Positions 58,232 through 64,000 of a stretch of 64,000 bases of DNA are shown in pieces. The stretch is from NCBI GenBank assembly GCA_035935335.1, contig DASYXF010000113.1:6463-70462 (forward strand). Direction: 5' to 3'. Both the position numbers and the translations under genes were made by a program. Source of the stretch: Candidatus Acidiferrum sp. Its GTDB lineage: Bacteria; Acidobacteriota; Terriglobia; Acidiferrales; UBA7541. The notes beneath the pieces were generated by a model. The model was not told the origin of the DNA. It worked only from the letters and a program-made list of their open reading frames with translations, and did not search any database. The stretch's first letter is position 1; the number at the start of each line of letters is the position of its first letter.

Positions 58232-61200
58232 CTAGAACGTAAACTTCGCCGCAAGTTGCAAACTGCGCGGTCCACCGCTGCCAAGGAAGGGATACCCGAT
58301 GCCTACGTCGCCCGTGGCTGTCAGGTGCAGTGCACCTGCCGAAGTCCCGTTGGGGTTAATCCCCTGCTGCGCAGCATCGGCAATGAAGTTTGGCAGATAG
58401 GGATTCGCGAAGTTCGGATGATTCAGGATGTTATACCCCTCAAAGCGCAGCTCCATGTTCAGTCTTTCGGTAAGTTGCGTCCTCTTGAACAGGGAGAAGT
58501 CGAACTGACGGAAATGTGGGCCAATCAGCGAATTGCGGCCGAGAGAACCGAAATGCATCGTATTAATGCACCCGCCAGTGTTCGCACCGCCGGAAGCGAG
58601 TTTATCGCAGGCGATACCAGTGGGATCTGGATTCGCAGGATTGATCGAGATGCAGTTTGCTGCGGCGGTGCCTTGGCCGTCCAGGGTGCAAGGAACAGCG
58701 AAGGCGCTCAACTGCAGAAAGTTATTCGGATCATTCTGATGATAAACCATTGGTGCGACAACGTCCGGGCGAGCGAAGAATTCGCCAGTGCCGTTGTAAT
58801 CATCCTCAAAATTGTAGTTCAGGTGGAATGGCTGGCCCGCCTGGACTGTGACGGTGCCGCTGAAGCCCCAACCGTTGCGAATCAGCTTCATGCCGCTGCC
58901 GCGGCTGTCTGGAATTAGGTAAATGAAATTCCAGGCGATGCGATTGCGGACATCGAAATTGGAGTTGCCGCGATTGAATCGGTTGGCCGCCTGGCTGTTG
59001 TCCGGCTGCGCCGCGTTGGGAACGTAGTCTTCCCCGTCGCTCGAATCGTCAATCGAATGCGACCAGTTATAATTGAAGGTTGAAGTCAGTCCGTGCCAGT
59101 CCTCGATATGCAAGCTGGCCTGCAGGGAGTTATAGATAGAATTGCCAGAGGTTTCTTCATAGTTGTAATAGACTCCACCACCTCCGGGTCCGAGCAACGC
59201 ACCCGGCGTGCAGCAGCCGCCGGTGTTAAAAGCACTGGAGTGATAGTCATAGGCTTGGATTTGCGCCAGCGTGGGCTGATTGAGGTCGCGGAATCGCAAC
59301 AGTTTGTGCCCTTGCGATCCAACGTAGCCGAGTTGGAACGTCATCTTGCGGGTGATCTGCTGCTGCAGGTTCAAGTTGTAATTTTCCATGTAGGGCGTGC
59401 GCAGATTTTGGTCCACACCGAATCGGTCAAACATCGGGCTTGCGAAACCGAAAGCAGAAGACCCTGCAATGAGCGGCGATTTGAAGGCGTTTGCAAGCAG
59501 GATCGGGTTCCCCCCGGCTCCGGAGTAGGCGGCACCTGGATCGTAGAAGCTGTTGAAGGGCAAATGCCCCATGAACATGTCCTGCGAATAGGCATCATAG
59601 AAAATACCGAACCCGGCGCGAACAACGGTTTTCTCGTGGCCGGTCACATCCCATGCCAAGCTCACACGCGGGGAGACATTGTTGTAGTCCGGTTGGTACA
59701 GACGACCCTGCCCAACCAGAATATCCGCGCCAGTCAGAGGATTGAAATTTGTGAAGTTTCCGTGCTTTTCCTGGACGATCCCAAAGTAGTCGTAGCGCAG
59801 GCCTAGGTTTAAAGTGACGCGACTCGACCAACGGTAGCTGTCCTGCAAATAGATCGCGTGAGAATTCTCGAATGTGTTCCGGTTGGGGTCCCCGGAATAC
59901 TGAAAGCCCCCAGTGGGAGTTCCTGACAGGAAATCAGACAGGGCGCTGAAATTCAGCCGGCCCTTGAAGTAGGAGTCGAAGTTCTGCGACACCGTGGTCC
60001 GGCGGAATTCATAGCCCGCTTTGATGTCGTGCTTTCCGTGCTTCCAGGAAATGTTGTCTATGTAGTGCCAGTTGGAATCCACTCGATTCCGGGTGTCGGT
60101 TGAACTGGCCCCTAACTGTGGAAAAGAGCCGACGCTGAATCGCGGGAGCCCCAGGTCAATGCCCTTCGCGTTGTTGACTAGCCCGATGCTTGTGGGGTCA
60201 AAGTGCCGGTCCTGGGCGTAGAAACCTTCGGCAAAGCGGTTCCAGCCGATACGCGCTTCATTGACGATGGTTGGAGACATCACGGAAACGAACGAGATGC
60301 TGACCAACTGGACGCGAGTCGGAGTAAACGTATTGTAGTTGGGAAGCGCGCCGCCACCAACAAGAGCCAGAGGAAAGCTCTGTTCGCTGTCGCCGAGGAA
60401 GTACCGCCCACTCAGTGTATTGCCCTGGCTGATCTGATGATCGATTTTGATAATCCCGCCGTTAACATTATTGGAAAACGGAGTCGCCAGAATCGTATTG
60501 GATGACACTTGCGTCTGAGCAATCGGGGTCGCGATGGTTGCTTGTGAAGCGATGCAGGAACCCGTGCCGTTTGGAGTCGGCCAGCCCTTGCCCGCAGCCA
60601 GAAGATTGGCAATGACCGGGTTAATGCCGCCCGCGGGCGTGTTATTGGTGATGTCCGCAGCGGTTGGCACGCAGGAAGGTGTGGACTCCGCGCCCACTTC
60701 GCGAAGCCCCTCGTAGTCAACGAAGAAGAAGGTCTTGTCCTTGATGATCGGGCCACCGAAGGATCCGCCAAATTGATTGTTGTGGAAGGGATTCTGGGGC
60801 AGCGAGGTATCGTCGAAGAAGTTCCGGGCGTCCAGAGCATTGTTGCGGAAAAATTCGGATGCCGTGCCGTGGTACTGATTCGTGCCGCTCTTGGTGACGA
60901 TATTCACGACGGCGCCGGCGCTGCGCCCGTATTCCGCTTCGAAGTTGGAGGCCACGTGTAGCTCTGCAATCGACGCCACGGGCAGGATGGTCGCCGGCGT
61001 GCCAAAGACGCCCGCTTCATTGATGGCCGGGTCGTTCCGGTATCCGTCGTTCATGTCCGTGCCGTCCAGCAGGAAATTGTTGGCGCGGCCACGAGCTCCG
61101 TTGACAGAGAAAATGCCGAACGAACCGGGGGAGTCTGTAATCTGGTCAGGAGAGCCGGTGACTCCCGGGACAAGAAAGATCAACTTTTGATAGTCCCCGC

Positions 61201-61666
61201 CGTTGACAGGAAGCGTCGTGGCGAGTTTCGATTCGAGGATGCCTCCCAGCGTGTTCGAGGTGGATTCCACCATCGGTAGCTCTTCGCCCTGGACTGTCAC
61301 CGTTTGCGCCAATTGCCCGGGCTGCAGCGTCACGTCCACTCGCCGCTCGGAGGAAACCTCCACCTTGATGCCACTGACCACACCGAGCTTGAAGCCAGCC
61401 TTCTCCACACTGACGCTGTAATTGCCAATCGGCAATTCGGGCGCGGAGTAGCTGCCGTCATCCGACGTCGCCACCGTGCGGACCAGGCCCGTGTCCACAT
61501 TCTTGATCGTCACCGTGGCGCCGGGCACAGCCGCCCCGGACGAGTCGGTGACACTGCCCAAAATCGTGCCGCGAAACGTCTGAGCGAACGCCGACGTTCC
61601 CGCAAAAAGTGTCAACGCAAAAGCAACCAGCGCAAACGTACGTATAGCGCGGAAAAAGCTGTTCAT
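58232..61666 (-). CDS. Oar-like TonB-dependent receptor with N-terminal carboxypeptidase-regulatory-like domain
   Basis: Signal peptide, G.V.DSSGA.VPGA, AEYGR..G.VVN.VTKSGTN, LNLGLRYD, PR.LQLAAKFTF terminal Phe. Confidence 0.93.
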   Translation of the reverse strand: MNSFFRAIRTFALVAFALTLFAGTSAFAQTFRGTILGSVTDSSGAAVPGATVTIKNVDTGLVRTVATSDDGSYSAPELPIGNYSVSVEKAGFKLGVVSGIKVEVSSERRVDVTLQPGQLAQTVTVQGEELPMVESTSNTLGGILESKLATTLPVNGGDYQKLIFLVPGVTGSPDQITDSPGSFGIFSVNGARGRANNFLLDGTDMNDGYRNDPAINEAGVFGTPATILPVASIAELHVASNFEAEYGRSAGAVVNIVTKSGTNQYHGTASEFFRNNALDARNFFDDTSLPQNPFHNNQFGGSFGGPIIKDKTFFFVDYEGLREVGAESTPSCVPTAADITNNTPAGGINPVIANLLAAGKGWPTPNGTGSCIASQATIATPIAQTQVSSNTILATPFSNNVNGGIIKIDHQISQGNTLSGRYFLGDSEQSFPLALVGGGALPNYNTFTPTRVQLVSISFVSVMSPTIVNEARIGWNRFAEGFYAQDRHFDPTSIGLVNNAKGIDLGLPRFSVGSFPQLGASSTDTRNRVDSNWHYIDNISWKHGKHDIKAGYEFRRTTVSQNFDSYFKGRLNFSALSDFLSGTPTGGFQYSGDPNRNTFENSHAIYLQDSYRWSSRVTLNLGLRYDYFGIVQEKHGNFTNFNPLTGADILVGQGRLYQPDYNNVSPRVSLAWDVTGHEKTVVRAGFGIFYDAYSQDMFMGHLPFNSFYDPGAAYSGAGGNPILLANAFKSPLIAGSSAFGFASPMFDRFGVDQNLRTPYMENYNLNLQQQITRKMTFQLGYVGSQGHKLLRFRDLNQPTLAQIQAYDYHSSAFNTGGCCTPGALLGPGGGGVYYNYEETSGNSIYNSLQASLHIEDWHGLTSTFNYNWSHSIDDSSDGEDYVPNAAQPDNSQAANRFNRGNSNFDVRNRIAWNFIYLIPDSRGSGMKLIRNGWGFSGTVTVQAGQPFHLNYNFEDDYNGTGEFFARPDVVAPMVYHQNDPNNFLQLSAFAVPCTLDGQGTAAANCISINPANPDPTGIACDKLASGGANTGGCINTMHFGSLGRNSLIGPHFRQFDFSLFKRTQLTERLNMELRFEGYNILNHPNFANPYLPNFIADAAQQGINPNGTSAGALHLTATGDVGIGYPFLGSGGPRSLQLAAKFTF

Positions 61667-62003
61667 CAGCTACTCCTTGATCGATTCAGTAGTCATCTCG
61701 AAACCCCGAGAATGTTGCGGACGCCTTCCCCGACAAAGCATCCAAGGACACCATGGATTGTTGCCAATGAACATACTCAGAGAAAGCAAGAGAAGCAAGG
61801 TCTTCAAACGAAAATGTTTCTATTTGCACTATGAAGCAACATGGGGGACTACCGGGGGGGAATTGCCGGGCAGAATCGCGTGACCCAGGTCACACGCTTG
61901 CCCTGCGCAGGGCACCGCCAATTCGCTACTTGGGTGGGGATGCGGTAGATTGGAAGATTAGGGTTTCACGGAAAGAGCGCCCTGTGGGGGCGCATTCAAT
62001 TTT

Positions 62004-63455
62004 ATGGCAGAGAAGCTACCATCCCTGGTCATCGTGGGCCGGCCCAACGTCGGCAAATCCACGCTTTTTAACCGCCTGACCGGAACACGCCGCGCCATCG
62101 TCACCGACGAACCGGGCATCACCCGCGACCGCATGTACGGCAAAACCGAGTGGAACGGGCGCGTCCTGGAAGTCGTGGACACCGGCGGCATCGTGCCAGA
62201 CGACAAGGCCCTGATCCCCACGGAAATCTTCCGCCAGGCGCGCGTGGCCTTCGAAAACGCGGCGCTGCTGGTGCTGGTTGTGGACAGCCAGGCAGGCTTG
62301 ACTCCTTTGGATCAGGAGCTCGCCCGGCTGATGCGCAGCACGGGAAAGCCGTTCGTCGTAGCCGTGAACAAGATCGACTCGGCCATGCAGGAAGCCAACG
62401 CCGCGACGTTTTATTCCCTGGGCGTGCCCGTATTCCCCATCGCGGCTGAACACGGCACTGGCGTGGACGACCTGCTGGACGAAGCCTTGAAACAGGTGCA
62501 GGGCCACGCCGTCGCGGATCAACCCGCCGAGAAGAAAGAAGTCGAGATCGCGATCATCGGGCGGCCCAACGTGGGGAAATCCACGCTGCTTAACCGCCTC
62601 GCCGGAGAGGAGCGCTCCATCGTTTCCCCAATTCCCGGAACCACGATGGACAATGTAGATACCGACGTTGTGCGCAACGGCCGCACTTACCGCTTCGTGG
62701 ACACCGCCGGCATCCGCCGCAAGGGCAAAACCAAGCTGGTGGCGGAAAAGCTCAGTGTGGTCATGGCCCGCCGCGGCCTGGAACGTGCGGACGTCGCGCT
62801 GCTGGTGGTGGACGGCGAACAGGGCGTGACCCAGGGCGATGCGACGATCGCCATGTATGCGGAGCAGTCTGGCCGCTCCGTGATTATCGTTGTGAACAAG
62901 TGGGACCTCGCCGTTGAAGCCGCGCAACGCGCCGAAGACACCTCGGAAAAGAGCGCCCGCGGCAAGGCCAAGCGCGCCACAGCCGGCGTGAAGCAACGGC
63001 CTGTGGACAAGCATAAGCTGCTCTTTGACTACGAGAAGATGGTCCAGCAGAAATTCAAATTTCTCAGTTACGCTCCGATTATTTTCCTTTCGGCAAAAAC
63101 GGGCGAACGCACCGAAAAGCTCTACTCGCTGATCGATCACGTCGCGCAGTCGCGCAACCGCAAGGTGTCCACCGGCGAACTGAATCGCTGGCTGAAGGAA
63201 GATGTGGATTTGCAGCGCGCCTCAACCCCCAAGGCCCGGCCAGTTCGCATTTATTACATGACGCAGGCGAAAACCGCTCCGCCGGTCTTTCTCCTCTTTA
63301 CCAACCAGAAAAAACCACTGCACTTCAACTTCGAACGCTTTCTCGAAAACCAGTTGCGCGCAAAATGGGATTTCACCGGCACACCGGTCCGCTTCGTCCA
63401 ACGCCTCCGCAAACGCGAAGATCGCTCCAGCTCCGCCCCCGAGGACGAGGAGTAG
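62004..63455 (+). CDS. der: Ribosome biogenesis GTPase Der (EngA)
   Basis: Two GRPNVGKST P-loops, DTGG/DTAG, NKID/NKWD, C-terminal KH-like domain. Confidence 0.97.
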   Translation: MAEKLPSLVIVGRPNVGKSTLFNRLTGTRRAIVTDEPGITRDRMYGKTEWNGRVLEVVDTGGIVPDDKALIPTEIFRQARVAFENAALLVLVVDSQAGLTPLDQELARLMRSTGKPFVVAVNKIDSAMQEANAATFYSLGVPVFPIAAEHGTGVDDLLDEALKQVQGHAVADQPAEKKEVEIAIIGRPNVGKSTLLNRLAGEERSIVSPIPGTTMDNVDTDVVRNGRTYRFVDTAGIRRKGKTKLVAEKLSVVMARRGLERADVALLVVDGEQGVTQGDATIAMYAEQSGRSVIIVVNKWDLAVEAAQRAEDTSEKSARGKAKRATAGVKQRPVDKHKLLFDYEKMVQQKFKFLSYAPIIFLSAKTGERTEKLYSLIDHVAQSRNRKVSTGELNRWLKEDVDLQRASTPKARPVRIYYMTQAKTAPPVFLLFTNQKKPLHFNFERFLENQLRAKWDFTGTPVRFVQRLRKREDRSSSAPEDEE

Positions 63456-63633
63456 CGATTGCCCCTGTACGATCCGCCTTCTGCTTGCCCCGACGAAGGA
63501 AGCGAGGCGGGCCGCTCAGCGTTGCTCTCATCGGCAAGTACTGTGGCTGCCCGTAAATCCTTCTGATAAACTCACACCGTAAACGCGGGCAGTCCCCCGC
63601 CCCGCGCTTTTTCAGGGTGAACCGAACTCCAAA

Positions 63634-64000
63634 ATGAGCAGTGCTGCCCAAGTCGGGATCTCCGAGGAGCAGGACGAGCGGTATTACCGCATCGGCGAAG
63701 TCAGCCGCATCACCGAAATCCGCCCCTTTGTCCTGCGCTATTGGGAAGAAGAATTTCCCATGCTGCAGCCAGTCAAGGGCCACCAGGGTTACAGGCTCTA
63801 CCGTCAGCAAGATGTCGATCTGGTTCTGAAAATCAGACGCCTGCTCTATGACGAAGGCTTCACCATTGCTGGCGCGCGCCGCCATCTCCGCGACCTCGAA
63901 AACGGCGGCGGCTTGGAAGCTGCAGTCGAAGAACTCACCGCATCCACCGTAACCGAAGGAGAAGCAGTAAAACTCAACCGCAAAATGCTTCTCGACCTCC
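63634..64000 (+). CDS. MerR-family transcriptional regulator (runs off the window edge)
   Basis: Manual translation: YYRIGEVSRIT...VLRYWEEEFPML.P...RLYRQQDV..VLKIRRLLYDEGFTIAGAR. Confidence 0.88.
   Translation, partial: MSSAAQVGISEEQDERYYRIGEVSRITEIRPFVLRYWEEEFPMLQPVKGHQGYRLYRQQDVDLVLKIRRLLYDEGFTIAGARRHLRDLENGGGLEAAVEELTASTVTEGEAVKLNRKMLLDL

Overview
GC-rich bacterial chromosome segment. Gene content (Oar-like TonB-dependent receptor, many TonB-C proteins, ECF/zf-HC2 anti-sigma operons, dnaK-dnaJ-hspR) suggests Acidobacteriota; this is inference. Most of the window is housekeeping or envelope genes: PBP1A, dsbA, dnaK/dnaJ/hspR, a DnaC-like ATPase, rpsA, HU/IHF, recG/rsmD, panE, queCED, a DinG/YoaA helicase and der. 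The standout is a ~12 kb composite RiPP locus at 36316-48027. One co-directional minus-strand run encodes a complete lasso-peptide module (RRE/B1, B2 peptidase, cyclase, HPr-kinase-like kinase). It is followed by a large Cys-containing secreted protein and a second module (S26-type peptidase, second HPr-kinase-like protein, second RRE, radical SAM/SPASM enzyme, nucleotidyltransferase). A divergent ABC transporter sits next to it. Two short precursor genes missing from the ORF track were found by manual translation. One is a 50-aa lasso precursor (43499-43651; predicted core AAGNKFHIDGGTNPRMRRTGR, Ala1-Asp9 ring). The other is a 53-aa Cys2 precursor (40373-40534; ...KKPYVKP...ETMALSCGKVSATQRSCAHNRKAS). 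Both carry a KKPYxxP leader motif. Also noted: a duplicated promoter plus N-terminus shared by PBP1A and its upstream gene, a HAIR operator over the dnaK promoter, an internally duplicated CPBP protease with a sigmaW-type promoter beside an ECF operon, and several families of nested intergenic REP-like repeats. All product calls come from motif reading, not database searches.
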